From: Malacoraja senta
Taxonomy: Eukaryota
Length of the DNA: 64,000 nt
Direction of reading: 5' to 3'
NCBI GenBank assembly: GCA_038087875.1
Contig: JAXLNO010000146.1
Coordinates: 744,001-808,000 of the forward strand
Shown: positions 24,786 to 37,293 of the stretch, piece after piece
Layout: each line of letters starts with the position of its first letter
Position numbering within the stretch: the stretch's first letter is position 1
Made by a program: the position numbers and the translations under genes
The notes under the pieces: generated by a model
What the model was told of the DNA's origin: nothing
Database searches by the model: none
The model's input: only the letters and a program-made list of their open reading frames with translations

Positions 24786-25716
24786 CAGGCACGTGCCGTC
24801 AGGGTAGGCATGGTAGGCACTGCCTACCCTGACTAAAATTATGAAATGGCAATTATTAAATATAAATAGTAAAGGCATGGGAGAATTATGCCTATCTAAG
24901 AGATCGATCTATTAGATAGGCATAATTCTCCGTGCCTTTCATCCGCAGCACTTGTAACACGGGAAGGTCTGTGCAGCCCACGTGCCGTCAACGCTGCCTG
25001 AAGCCGTCAGTTTCAAGGGGAGCTAAAGGCAGCACAAATTCTGCCTTTGCTGAAGAGCGAGTTTCTTGGCTGGATGTTCAAATATGGATTGCCATTATTT
25101 TAATAGTATCTTAGGAAACAAAGAGTGAAGAATGGACTTAATGTACCAATAACGTGGTAAGTACATATTTTGGTGCTTTATGTTTTTAAATACTGTATTT
25201 CCCAGGGTGGGGGGTGAGCTCCTTTCACAGTGTTTGGGGAGTCTGGCGTTGTGAAGGAGGGGATTGGGGTCAATAACCCACTTGCCACGCTGAGTGCAGG
25301 TGATAGTGCAGGTGGGACTAGGTGAGAGTAAGTTTTTGGCATGGACTAGAAGGGCCGAGATGGCCTGTTTCCGTGCTGTCATTGCTATATGGTTTTATAT
25401 GGTTTTATTGCGGCCGGGGAGTGAATTGGCTCGGGTGGCTGCCGGGCTCGGACAGCAGAACTGGCCGCCACTTCCGAGGAAGGAAGCAGCTCGGGTGACT
25501 GCGAGCGGCCGCCGGGACCCGACAGCAGAACCGGCTGCCACTTCAGCCCCTTCTGCTGGTCCCCGCTCACCTCTGGCAGTGCTCTCCGTCTGAATTGTTT
25601 TTGTTACTTATTTTTTATTTTTTACGGAGAGAACAATCTGTGCATGCACGGTTTAAGATTTTTTTTTAAAGCCGGCTGACTGCCTATCCTGAGTAATTAC
25701 TCACGGCACATGCCTG
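24786..25716. mobile_element. Non-autonomous hAT-like element (931 bp)
   Basis: TIRs caggcacgtgccgt / acggcacatgcctg; 8-bp TSD gtgcctag at 24778-24785 and 25717-25724; empty site in copy B near 57240. Confidence 0.9.
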
Positions 25717-27248
25717 GTGCCTAGAATGCGCTGCCAAGGTTGGGGATTGACACAGATATTATAGTGGCATTTAAGAGGCTTTTAGATGGGCACATGAATG
25801 TCCTAGGAATGGAGGGATATGGATTAAGTACACAGGTGAGCAAGAGATGGTCTTGGCATCATGTTTGACACAGACATTGTGGCCCAAAGGGTCTGTTCTT
25901 GTGCTGTATTGTTCTATAAACATGCGTGCAGCTGGTTCTAAGAGTGTAAGATAGCATGCAACAATCAGACTACAAGAACACAGATTTGCTGTATAAAGAC
26001 ATTCAGTTTCAGCTTGATTAATAAAAGCTGGTTCTTCTCCGTGATCAATGGCAGTCGTTAATTAGACCAACGTCATTGAAAATCTCCCTGGAGATGGATT
26101 TGGGCATTGCCATTATTTTGCTGAGCTAGATGTTAGGTTAACAAATCATGCATTAAAATAATCATACGCGATTAATGATAGATGTTGATGTGCCAAAAAT
26201 GTGGGCAAAATTACATGTCACATTAATACAATTTTCAGCTTTAACACCTGTTTTCCTGATGTGGCAAAATTCTAGGTTAAGTGTCTAAGAATCTAAAGGG
26301 AAAAAATAATTTGGAGGGACAAATATACAAAAAATCATGGTAGATTAAAAGGTTCAAACAAAAGCAAACCAAGCATATTTATAGAGGGACAAACCCAAAG
26401 TTTCAAAACGCAGGGTTGTGTTTAAAAAAAATATGGATACACTAGAAAAGTTGTAAAAATGATTAAGTATTGGTAGAAAATGTGAAATTATATTTATCAG
26501 GAAAAGACTAAAACATTGAGGGAACGTTTTTGGTTAACAGAATAGACATAATATGCTTTTCCACTTAGCTTTGTAATGGAAAGGATAAGATTGACAAATT
26601 ATTGCCAAATGAATCCATTTGTCTCCAAATCTATGAATATTAAAAGTTGGTCGTTGAAAATTTCTGTTAAAAATGATTAATAAGAAATAGAACAATGACC
26701 AAAACAAGCAAAGACTTTCAAACAGTCTGTAATATCCACTAAATGAGCAACATCCCATTCATTGAAGACTGCAACGACCAGGTTCAGGAACAGCTACTTC
26801 CCCACAGCCATCAGGCTATTAAACCTGGCTCGGATATAACACTGAACTTTACTATCCAATACTGTTATTTGCACTTTATCAGTATATTGACCATTGTGTA
26901 TATATTTATAGAATGCCTTGTAGTAAATGCCTATTATGTTCTGTTGTGCTCAAGCAAAGCAAGAATTTCATTGTCCTACCAGGGACACATGACAATCAAC
27001 TCACTTGACTTGACTTGATTATCAATGACCTTGCACCATCTGCTGTCCAATCTCTCCTATTGTTTTGGGAATATCCATAATGGGTTTTTTTCATTTGAAA
27101 GGTGGTGGGGAGGTTAAATGATGAGGGGCAAAGTGAATGTGAAGTGATAGCTCCAGTGCAGTAACCAATACAACGGCAAGGTAAATTGTATTCCTGTAAT
27201 ACATTGAAATAAAAGCTAATTCTAATAATAAGCCTTCCCATAGTTTAC

Positions 27249-27319
27249 CTCGGACATCTGGGCACTAGTGTCGAATTTCCTGCCAATGTTCTTCAAAGAG
27301 GCAATCTGCCCATACTTAA
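27249..27319 (-). CDS. Putative exon 2 of an unidentified minus-strand gene or pseudogene
   Basis: ttcttttctctcgacag acceptor and GAG|gtaaac donor; phase-compatible with the 28938-28962 exon; encodes (V)KYGQIASLKNIGRKFDTSAQMSE. Confidence 0.5.
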
Positions 27320-28687
27320 CTGTCGAGAGAAAAGAATTTCTGGTATCATAAACAATAGCATTTTTATATGGCAACAAACACATTACTGGAGAAACTCAGG
27401 GGTACTTCCAAGTACTGTGGAAGCCTCAGGTCGAGATCCTGCAACAGGACTGAGAGTGTAAAGAGGAGATAACCAGAGGAGAGGGTGAAGATTTTACAAA
27501 CAATGTACGTCGAAGTAGGGCTGCAGCAGTTGAATTTCATTCAAGGACCCTATGGAATGAATCCAAGACTAGATATTTAGTGCCACTCAAAACTGCTGCC
27601 CAACTTAGTAGGCAGTGAAATGGAGAGTCTTGCGGCTGCACCAAGTGAACTTTAATTATCACATGGTGCAGCAGCTAGCATCAAAGGCAAGACTACACAA
27701 CTGAAATGCAGTACTTTGATTCACTCCCTGCTGGTTAGGGGAGTAAAACTATTTAAGATGCTGAACTCGACAATTAGTTATTTATTCATTTTTTTTGCCA
27801 GTTCTATGTTATTCTTCTATATCCTTTTATTGGCACATGGATATGCAGGGAATGGATCACGTGCAGGCAGAGAGGATTAGTTTATCTTGGCATCATGTTC
27901 GGCACAATGTGGGCCAAAGGGCCATGTTCTTTGTTCTATTCCTTTCTTTTAGTCAGTCAACTTTAGCTTAACATCAGCAACTTTGAGGATGATTTGGCAA
28001 AATACAAATCAGTGACGTTGGCAAAAGTGTGTCGACTATCTGATTCATTTCCATAGACAACTCGTGCAAATTAATTTAAAACCGTACATAGCCAGATTTC
28101 CAATTGTGCAATGTATATAGGATGCATAATCACATGGCACCTCTGAACCTACCTATGCAACATAACCGCAGCAGGGCTCCTGGTAGATCCTCCTCTTTGA
28201 TCAGGAGTTGTACAACCATAGGAGGGGCAGGAATCCGCGGCACAATTAGCCAATTGATATTACTGTAGAGACTGCAGGAGGATGAAAGAATCTAGAATGA
28301 GTACATATTTTAATTCAGCAGTGGAAGTCTCACCTCACTATTACCACCATCTTTTGTACACGGCAAAGAGATGTGTACACTTATCCTCCATTACTCGCGG
28401 AATTCTGCTCCTGACGACTTTGGGGTGAGGGAGTAAACTGGAGAACCCGGAGAAAACCCACCGAGGCCATGGGGAGAAGGAACGAAGGAGCCAACGCCGT
28501 GCAGCCAACACCTGTAGTCAGGATCGAACCCACATCTGTGGCGCTGTCACTCAGGCAGCAACTCTACCGCTGCGACACCGCGCCGCCCCTCCACTCCCCT
28601 CGCTCTTCATGATCAATGCTGGACGAGTTCTAGATTAAAACCTTTTTGAATTCGTCAAACACCGTTTCACATAACACAGCCCAGTGA

Positions 28688-28892
28688 GCGCCCGGGACCC
28701 TGGAGGCCCAGGGGAGGGAAATAGGGAGAGAGGGAGAGAGGGAGGGAGCGCCCGGGGTGGGGCTGCAGAGGGAGGGAGGGAGGGAGCGCCCGGAGTGGGG
28801 CTGCAGAGGGAGCGCCTGGGGTGGGGCTGCAGAGGGAGCGAGGGAGGGAGCGCCCGGGGTGGGGCTGCAGAGAGAGGGAGGGAGGGAGGGAG
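28688..28892. repeat. GC-rich minisatellite, ~4 copies
   Basis: Core gggagcgcccggggtggggctgcagag repeated with GGGA spacers. Confidence 0.85.
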
Positions 28893-28937
28893 CTCAGACG
28901 GACACAGACGTGGATCAAAAACCCAAACCCGCTTCAC

Positions 28938-28962
28938 CTTCTCCGTCCTCGACCGTCGTCAT
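28938..28962 (-). CDS. Putative first coding exon (MTTVEDGE-) of the minus-strand gene
   Basis: gcggccATG start in a CpG-rich patch; AAG|gtgaag donor; gtcacgtgg E-box and a YY1-like caagatgg just upstream. Confidence 0.45.
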
Positions 28963-30305
28963 GGCCGCATCGACAAGATGGTGTCGCGTCACGTGGTGGC
29001 CGCATTAATGACGGATGCGGGAGTTGGAGATTATAAACAATGTTTATCCTCTAGTATCTTTGGTTATAAACACAGAAAACAAAATGGTGGAAATGGCGCA
29101 TAAAGTGTAGAACCAGGGGTGACATGAGCATGAGCATGGATTTGGGGATAAAAATGGGTGACTTGGAATTGGGAAGGGTGGGAGATGAGTGGATGGAGGA
29201 GGGGAAAGGAACTGGGTGGTAGATTAAAAAGAAACCTGAATTTTGCCATTCACGCCACCTCCTCCAATCTTTCAGCCCTCTAGGTTTCCAGTACATCTTC
29301 ATACTTTGGTCTCTTGCATAATTCCATTAGATATTTAACATGGAAATAGGCCTTTCGGCCCACCAAGTTTACGCTGACCATCGATCACCCATTCACACTA
29401 GGTCTATGTTATCCCACTTTCCTCACCCACTCCCTACACATGCGGGGCAATTTTACAGAGATAAATTAACCTACAAAGCCAATGCATCTTTAGGATGTGG
29501 GAGAAAACCCACACGCTTGCAGGGAGAATGTGCAAATTCAACACAGACAGTGCCCAAGGACAGGATCGAACACAGTTCTCTGGCTGTGCCACTATATCTT
29601 GATTTCCAACACGCAAAAAATTAAACGTTGATAACTTTGGTTACTAAAAAAAATCAACTATCTATTTTCAGTCTTAAATCTCTAAGTCACACTACGTCTC
29701 CTTAACAGCTATGTTTTAATTCACTTCAAGACTTTGGGGCAGTACATTGGCCGTAAAGTTGCTGCCTAAAAGTGCCAGAGACCCGGAATCGATCCTGAAT
29801 ATGGGTGCTGTCTGTATGGAGTTTGCTCCTTTTCACTTTGATCGCATGGGTTATTTCCGGGTTTCATTGAACTTGTTTCCTTCCCATTCCAAAGGTGTGC
29901 AGGACCCTTTATCAGACCCAACCCAAAACGTAATATTTTCCTTTGGTCCAGAGATTATGTTTGACATCTTGAATTACTACAGCTTTTTGTGTCTATCTTC
30001 GGTGTAAACCAGCATCTGCAGTTCCTTCCTACACACACACGATACTATACGATATAATTTTATAAATCCCAGGAGGGAAATTCTGTGTGTGGGTGTATAT
30101 ATATATACACACACACACACATATATATTTATATAGTTATATATTCATATATAAATATATGTTGATTTGTTTTCTCGTTTATAACATTGTTTACAGAGTA
30201 CTATGTTTACATATTCTGTTGTGCTGCTGCAAGTACGGATTTCATTGTTTTAACTGGGACATCAGAGAATGAAACACTCTTGACTCTCGATTTATGTCCC
30301 TAGTA

Positions 30306-31346
30306 TAGGTATGTTACAAAACTTACCTTCAGTCGCGCTGTAATTCTGCCACTGGCCGTGTGCGCGATTTTGGCGCCTTTAAGGGGGGGGCGGGGTTAAA
30401 ACGCGGTTTATCCTCCCTTGTCCTGGAAATATTTTGTTGGAGTACAAAACTTCGCTGACAAAATCGTTCCTACCGGCGTTTTGTGAATTTTTAAAAAAAA
30501 TTAAATCGTCAATGTCAGCGCTACAGTCATTTTAAAAGCAGCTCCTAAAGCGTCAACGCCAATAACGGGGACGGATTTCACACAATGGACAGGTAAACGA
30601 AAGTGCTTTCTTTAAATGTATAAAAGTGCTTCTTAAGAAGCCTTTAATTCACATTTTGTCATGCGACACGGTGATTTTATTCCCCGAATTAACGGCAGTA
30701 TTTTTCATGCCAATACGGGGTTAAATTCACCGCAAATGAACGTTCCAAAAGATCGCGTTCCAGAAATTCTCACTCGCAAGATGAATTAAATCCCCATTAA
30801 TTTACAGGTATTAAACATTCAATTCCTTCCATTTGGCCTGTAAATTCATGAAAATTAGATTTAAAAATTATGTTATATTGTGAATTATTGTGTGAATGTT
30901 ATTTGGACACTTAGGCTATTTAAAAATGTTAATCTATTCTTAAGAAATTGATAGATGTTTAGATCTAGTAATTGAATTTTGTAATTAGCTACAATTAGGT
31001 AACTAACTAATTATATGCTTTACTTTCATGTCTTCGAAGTAAGATTGTTTCATATTTGTTTCAGAATGCTTCAATCTATAATACCTGAAAATTTCTTTCA
31101 GTTACCATAATTTTTAAGAAAGTTATGGGCTTTTAACTGTCCTCGATCACAGCTTTTGTGTTAAGTCAATGGAAAAGCAATAGGGAACTACATGCTAATT
31201 TCTGAGTATGATAATGACCATAACTTTTTTAATACTGAAGATATGAAAGTGAATTAAGTGTCAAATTAAACTTCTTTTTATGCTTTATCTGATGGGATAA
31301 ATTGCAGACTTTATTTTTTAAATCTCAAAATTTTGTAACATTGCTA
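30306..31346. mobile_element. Non-autonomous DNA transposon (~1 kb) inserted in a SINE fragment
   Basis: TIRs taggtatgttacaaaa / ttttgtaacattgcta; flanking duplication cctagta at 30299-30305 and 31347-31353. Confidence 0.85.
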
Positions 31347-31524
31347 CCTAGTATGTAGGATAGAACTAGTGTACGGGTGATCGGTGTGGACTCGGTGGGC
31401 CGAAGGTCCGTTTTCCGCGCTGTAATTTTAAATTAAACTAAAAACACTAAAACGAGAGGGAGTCTAAAAAGTCTTGACCCGAAACGTCAACCAATTCCTA
31501 TCCAGAGATGCTGCCTGCTCCACG

Positions 31525-31950
31525 GAGTGATTCGGCGTCGGGTTTCAGCGGTCGCGGCAAGCGGAGAACAATGGCGGCCAGATCTCCCACAATGCAAAGC
31601 GAGGGAGAAAGTGTCCGGCGCCGACTGGTTGCCGTGGTAGTGCGCATGTGCAGGGTGTCCGGCCGTGCCGTGTCAGTGCGCATGTGCAGGTGGTCCGGAG
31701 CGCCAGCGGGCGGGGAGCCGGCGGGTGCTGGGGACGGAGAGAGAGAGAGAGAGTGGGGCCGCTCACAGTTGAACGGTAGGTGTCGCTGGTGCTGTGAGAG
31801 CGGCGCCCGTGCGCCGGCAGCGACAACCTGGGCCGGAGCGGCGACAAAGCGCCGGCACCGCGGCAGTCGCTGCCAAACACGCGGGAATCCGGGATCATCC
31901 CAATCCTGCACCGCAAGCACCGGACTGCAACCGCCCCCCGTCCCTATTCA
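31525..31950 (+). promoter_or_regulatory. CpG island; probable promoter and non-coding exon 1 of the MULE-derived gene
   Basis: Very CpG-dense; two NRF1-like tgcgcatgtgca motifs (~31641, ~31677); YY1-like aatggcggcc (~31570); donor-like ACG|gtaggt at 31775/31776. Confidence 0.65.
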
Positions 31951-33500
31951 TTAACCCCGCCCACACACGGGCAATTTTATCCCAATCCCAGGAATTTGCA
32001 TCAACCTAATTCAGGGATTGATCCCGAACTACTGTCCCGCAGATTTCCATCCCAATACTGAGCATTGGAAGACGCCCCTACCCCAAACTCAAGGACTTAT
32101 TCCCCGCACATACACTGGTGTTTTTTATCCCAATCCCATGAATTTGTATCTTATCTAAATCAGGGATTCATCCCGACCCCCTAACCCAATGTTGAACATT
32201 GCAAGATGCCCCTACCCCAAACCTGGGGAATTATCCCATCAACCCCACATGGGTGGTTATCATACCAATGCCAGGAATTTCTATCCTTTCTAAATCAGGC
32301 ATTGCCACCGATCTCCCATCCCAGGGATTTTTCTCCGAATGCGGGGCCTTGCAAGATGCTCTCTCTCATTGCAAACATGGAGAATTACCACCCAACCTGC
32401 ACAAGGGCGAATATTATACCAGTCCCAGGAATTTTCATCCACCAAATTCAGGCATTTATTTCGATGTACCATCCTGCAGATGTCCCTCACAATGCTGAGC
32501 ATTGCAGGATACCCATACCCCCAATCCACGGAATTGAATTATCCCCACCTGCACACGGGCAATTATTATTCCAATGCCAGAAATATCCATGCTTTCTAAA
32601 TTAGCGATTGTCCTCTATCCCAATGCTGAGCATTGCAAGATACCCCTAACCCAACCCAGGGAATGACCCCCCACCCACACATGGGCGATTATCCCAATCC
32701 CAGGAATTTGCAGCCTACCTGAATCAAGGAATGCCCCCAACCCTGATCCACAATCTCGTGATTTCCCTCCCAATGCTGAGAATTGCAAGATGCTCCCAGC
32801 CCAGACTGGGGGATTCCCCCGGCTCACAGGCAATTATTCCAATGTCTTGAATTGCCATCCTCTTTAACCCAGGGATTACCTCAGATTAAACCAGTGCTCC
32901 GATATCAGGCAGTGCTATCTGAACCCCAGGAATTTCCACTATCTAACCCATGGATGCCCCCAACTCAAACGCAATTATTCCTCCAACTCCAGGAATTTTT
33001 ATCCCAGGGATTGTCCCTGACCCCAGTGATTCCCACTTCCCATGGCACCGAAGGATTAGACTGCACAGTTCCTGAACTGTGATTGGACCCCACCCGTCCT
33101 CTGATTCCTGGGATTGGAGCCTGTTTTATCCAAATCGCTGGGAATGGACCCCACCCTGTCTCTGATCCCAGGGATTGGAGTTTGCCCCATTGGTGATGCC
33201 AGGGATTAGACCATAGCCCATCACTAATTCCAGGAATTGGATCCCACCTCATCACTGATCCCAGGAGTTGGAACATGCCCCATCTCTGATCCCAGATCTC
33301 CCCAAATCTAACCCTAAATCTCAGGAATTGTCATTTCCGGAAACCCAGGAATCACTGCCTTGGATCTCCCCCGCAGTCCTCAATCCCTCGGATTGCAACT
33401 TGCCTCCCCCAAGCCTAATGATTGGATCTCATCTCTGATCCAGGAAATTCCCACAACCCCAGGGATTGACCTCTAACCCTTGAACCTGGGGAATTGCAAT
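31930..33500. repeat. Degenerate tandem array rich in atcccaatcccaggaatt motifs
   Basis: Recurring cccaatgctgagcattgcaagat / cccaggaattt units of roughly 120-130 bp, becoming ~35-bp units distally. Confidence 0.75.
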
Positions 33501-34342
33501 CTGCCCACAAACTGGGCTAGTTCACCAGTGCCATGTAAATGCATGGCAATCTTTCCAATTTCTGGGATTGCTGTCCCGTCTAAATCCTGAGCCACTGATC
33601 TCGCAAACTGAGAATTGCCCTGTCTCCAAATTGTCCTCCATCTTTCAACCCCAACACCATAGTAGAACTCTTCAAACCTTTCGTCTCGTGCCTTCTTTTT
33701 TCCTTCTCTGGCCTTTGTCTAACCATCTGCATATCAAAAACCGCCCTTCCCTGTGTTCACCTCTTAACTTCTACTCTTTGCCCTATTCTTCCTCCCTTCC
33801 AGATTTCTACCCTTTCCCTACAAACATTGTGAGGAAGGATCCCGATCCGAAACATAACCTATGTACCTATGTATTGAATGTAACATCTCCAAGTTTGCGG
33901 AAGACACAAAGCTGGGTGGCAGTGTGAGGTGCGAGGAGGATGCTATGAGGCTGCAGGGTGACTTGGATAGGTTGGGTGATTGCGCAAATGAATGGCAGGT
34001 GCAGTACAATGTGGATAAATGTGACATTATCCACTTTGGTGGCAAGAACAAGAAGGTAGATTATTATCTGAATGGTGTCAGATTAGGAAAACGGGAGGCG
34101 CAACAAGACCTGGGTCTCTGAAGTCTAAAGTAAATTTGAAAGACAGCATCCTAGCAAAGGATCGATCCCGGGTCTCTGGCGCTGTGAGGCAGTGACTCTA
34201 GTTGCGCCACGGTGCCATTCTTGAACTCTAGATATGAGCTGTTCTGATCCGTTCTACCTTGGCTGACCTGCATCTTCTGCATGTGGTCTATTCTCAGTGC
34301 CCGCTCTCCAGTCTGCCAAATCCATCTGATGCACGTGTAGCC

Positions 34343-34599
34343 ATGGCCCAGGTGACGGGTTTCCGAGTGGGTGCCGAGTTCTCGAGCTACAGCGAGCTGC
34401 ACCGGGAGTACCGGCGCTACCAGAAGGACAACTCCGTGCAGATGTGGACCAGGCACTCGCGGACCATCGAGGCGCAGCGGCGACGGGCACCAAAGCGCCC
34501 GATGAACGATGCGCTGAAGTTTGCCGAGATCGACTACGCGTGCATTCACGGCGGCAAGTTATTCAAGACCAAAGGATTCGGCAAACGGCCAATCCAGAG
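34343..34599 (+). CDS. MULE transposase-derived (ZSWIM3-like architecture) gene, coding exon 1: N-terminal FAR1/WRKY-GCM1-type domain
   Basis: Kozak gccATGg; acceptor at 34297; MAQVTGFRVGAEFSSY...YACIHGG...GKRPIQ; donor AG|gtgagg, phase 2. Confidence 0.88.
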
Positions 34600-36633
34600 G
34601 TGAGGAAATACTTGCAGGGGCAGCACAGGGGCACAGCTGGTAGAGCCGCTGCCTCACAATGCCAGGGATCCCGGTTCGAGCCTGACCTCCGGTGTGCTCC
34701 GTGTTTGGAGTTTGCACGTCCTCTCTGTGACCAGCTGTGTTTCTTCTGTGTGCTTCAGTTTCCTCCAATATCCAAAACACGTGCGGGTTTTTTTGTTAAT
34801 TGGCCCTATGTAAATTGTCCCGAATGTGTAGGGAGTGGGTGACAAAGTGGGATAACATGGAACATGGAATACCCCTGCTCCTATTTCCTACGCTCTTATT
34901 TAAAGATGTTTTTATCCTTTTAAATTTAATTATATAAGTTGAGCTGGGTAGTTAGTTTTGTTTAGAGTTACAGCATGGAAACAGGCCTCTCGGCCCACCG
35001 AGTCCACACCAACCACCAACCATCCATTCACACTAGTTCTATATTATCCCACTTTCTCATCCACTCTCTACACACTAGGGGCAATTTACAAAAGCAAATT
35101 AACCCACAAACTTGCACGAGTTTAGAATGTAGAAGGAAACCACTTGGAAAAACCCCACGTGGTCACAGGGAGGACGTACAATCTCCGCATAGACAGCACC
35201 TGTAGTCAGAATCGAACCTGATTCTCCGTTGCTGTGAGGCAGCAGCTCTAGTGCTGCCTCTGTCTGACTGTCTGTCTCTTTTTTTCTGTCCCTCTGTTCA
35301 TGTTTTCCCCTGTTGCACTCTGTTCATCTTTCTCTGTGTGTGTCTCTCTCTCCCCACTCTCTCTCTCTCTCCCCCTCCCTCCCCCTATCTCTCTCTCCCT
35401 CTCTCTCTCCCCCTCTCCCAACACCTATATTTGCTCATGCCTACCCGCACATACACTTCTTCTTCTTGCGTATGGTGTGCACAGCCTAAAGTTGTAGGAC
35501 AACTTGTTCTATTTGATCTTATTTGATTGTGCACGCCAGGTTGATTGCATTCGTCGAAACAGGGCGGACCACGTGGAGGTTGCAATCTTCCACCCCGCAC
35601 ATACACGACTCGCTGGGAATGTCTAGAGTGGTAGAGTCATCCTACACAGAAATAGGCCCTTCGGCACAACTTGCCCACGTTCATCTAGTTGGCCCATGTA
35701 CACCAGTCCCACCTGCCCGCGTTTGGCGCTTGTCCCTCAGAACCTTCCCTATCCATGTACGTTTCCAAATGTCTTTTAAATGCTATAGTACCTGTCCCAT
35801 CTACCACCACTGGAGGTGACGTTTCGGGTTGACACCTGTCTTCAGACTGAGAGTCAAGGGAGAGGGAAACTAGAAGTTTCCTCTAGTTTATTAATTTCTA
35901 GATTAATCATTCTATTAATTTCACTGTCTTGCTTAGTTTCACTGTTTGCATCTACTTGTTATCATCTTCACCACGGCCAACAATGGACCATTGTGGGCTC
36001 CACCTTTCCTTTATCATCGCTGCTGGCTTTGATTTGTTTTTTCATACCTTTCACTCATTTGTTCTTAGTACCCCTTCATCCCCTAGTTCCCTCTCCCCTG
36101 ACTCTCAGTCTGATAAAGGGTCCCAACCCGAAATGTCACCTATTCCTTTTCTCCAGAGATGCTGCGTGACTCGCTGAGTTACTCCAGTATTTTGTGTCCA
36201 TCTCCTTTGTTATGTACTATGTTATCTTACACCAATTCTGCATGAATCACATTTTTTTGCAGCTGTTGCTTCAAGTCCCCCCCCCCCCGTTTGTGAAGTT
36301 TATTATCAGTCAAAGGGCATTCATTCAGCACACCATCTTGTCTTCCCACTTACACTGCTTGATGGCCAATGTAAATCTAATATTTCTGTTGGATTCTGTG
36401 ATGATTGTAAAAGATAGCCATACACTGCTGGTCTGAATCATCCTACCACAACTAGAGCAGTCCTGAACTGCCATCTTCCTCATTGGTGACCCTCGGACTA
36501 TCTTTGTTTTTCCCTTATCATGTATCTATACACTGTAAATGGCTCGATTGTAATCATGTATTGTCTACCCACTGACTGGTTAGCATGCAACAAAAGCTTT
36601 TCACTGTACCTCGGGACCCGTGACAATAAACTA

Positions 36634-37025
36634 AAGGGCCTGTCGCACCAGCATGCGACTCCATGCGGCAAGCGCGACCTAACGTGGTCGCTTGAGCCGT
36701 ACGGCCTCGCGGGGCCGGTCCCACTTCGATCGCCGGAGCCGTATGGAGTTGTGCGGAGCTGGGCTCCGAAAAACTGACCGTGTTCAAAAATTCCGCGCGG
36801 CAACGGCCTGCCGCCCGCAGCTGCCTCGATGCCGTGAGCACCGCCTCGACGCCGTGCGCACCGCCTCGATGGGCTTGCGCAGTGTCTTGACGCCGTACGT
36901 CACGCGCGAACTTCCCGTGGACTTCGCTCAAACTTCACGTCACTCACTCGACCACCGCGCGTCCCCCGCTTCCGGTTTGGTCGCGCTTGCCGCATGCAGG
37001 TCGCATGCTTGTGGGACAGGCCCTT
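36634..37025. mobile_element. PIF/Harbinger-like MITE (CpG-rich)
   Basis: TIRs aagggcctgtcgcaccagcatgcgac / gtcgcatgcttgtgggacaggccctt in a TA/TAA context; superfamily is inferred. Confidence 0.75.
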
Positions 37026-37184
37026 TTACTGAACAAAACTGAAGAAGGGTCTCGATCCGAAGCGTCACCTATTCCTTTTCTCGAGATGATGCCGGACCCG
37101 CTGAGTTACTTCAGCATTTTGTGTCTATCTACTGCTGGTCTTCACCCAGTTGGCTTACACACTACCTCCCACTGTCTTTTTCAG

Positions 37185-37293
37185 CACCAACAAGATGAAG
37201 TGTCCGTGTGTCATTAAAGTCCGTCTTTCTGCAGATGGAGACAAGTTTGTGGTGAAAGAGATGAATGAATCGCATAACCACACAGTGCCGCAG
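37185..37293 (+). CDS. MULE-derived gene, coding exon 2
   Basis: tctttttcag acceptor and CAG|gtaaaa donor; (S)TNKMKCPCVIKVRLSADGDKFVVKEMNESHNHTVPQ completes the C..C..HxH finger; phases 2 to 0. Confidence 0.9.

Larger units (their letters stand above)
23229..27970 (+). repeat. Segmental duplication, copy A (paralog at 55537-58368)
   Basis: Blocks 23229-24020, 24063-24429 (inverted in copy B), 25717-26235 and 27337-27970 match copy B, including non-TE sequence. Confidence 0.9.

Noticed and set aside
31498..31954. Overlapping ORFs in the CpG island
   Set aside because: Expected from stop-poor GC-rich DNA; no recognisable domain.
34615..34700. tRNA gene candidates
   Set aside because: These are SINE heads that continue into the SINE body; no complete cloverleaf is evident.
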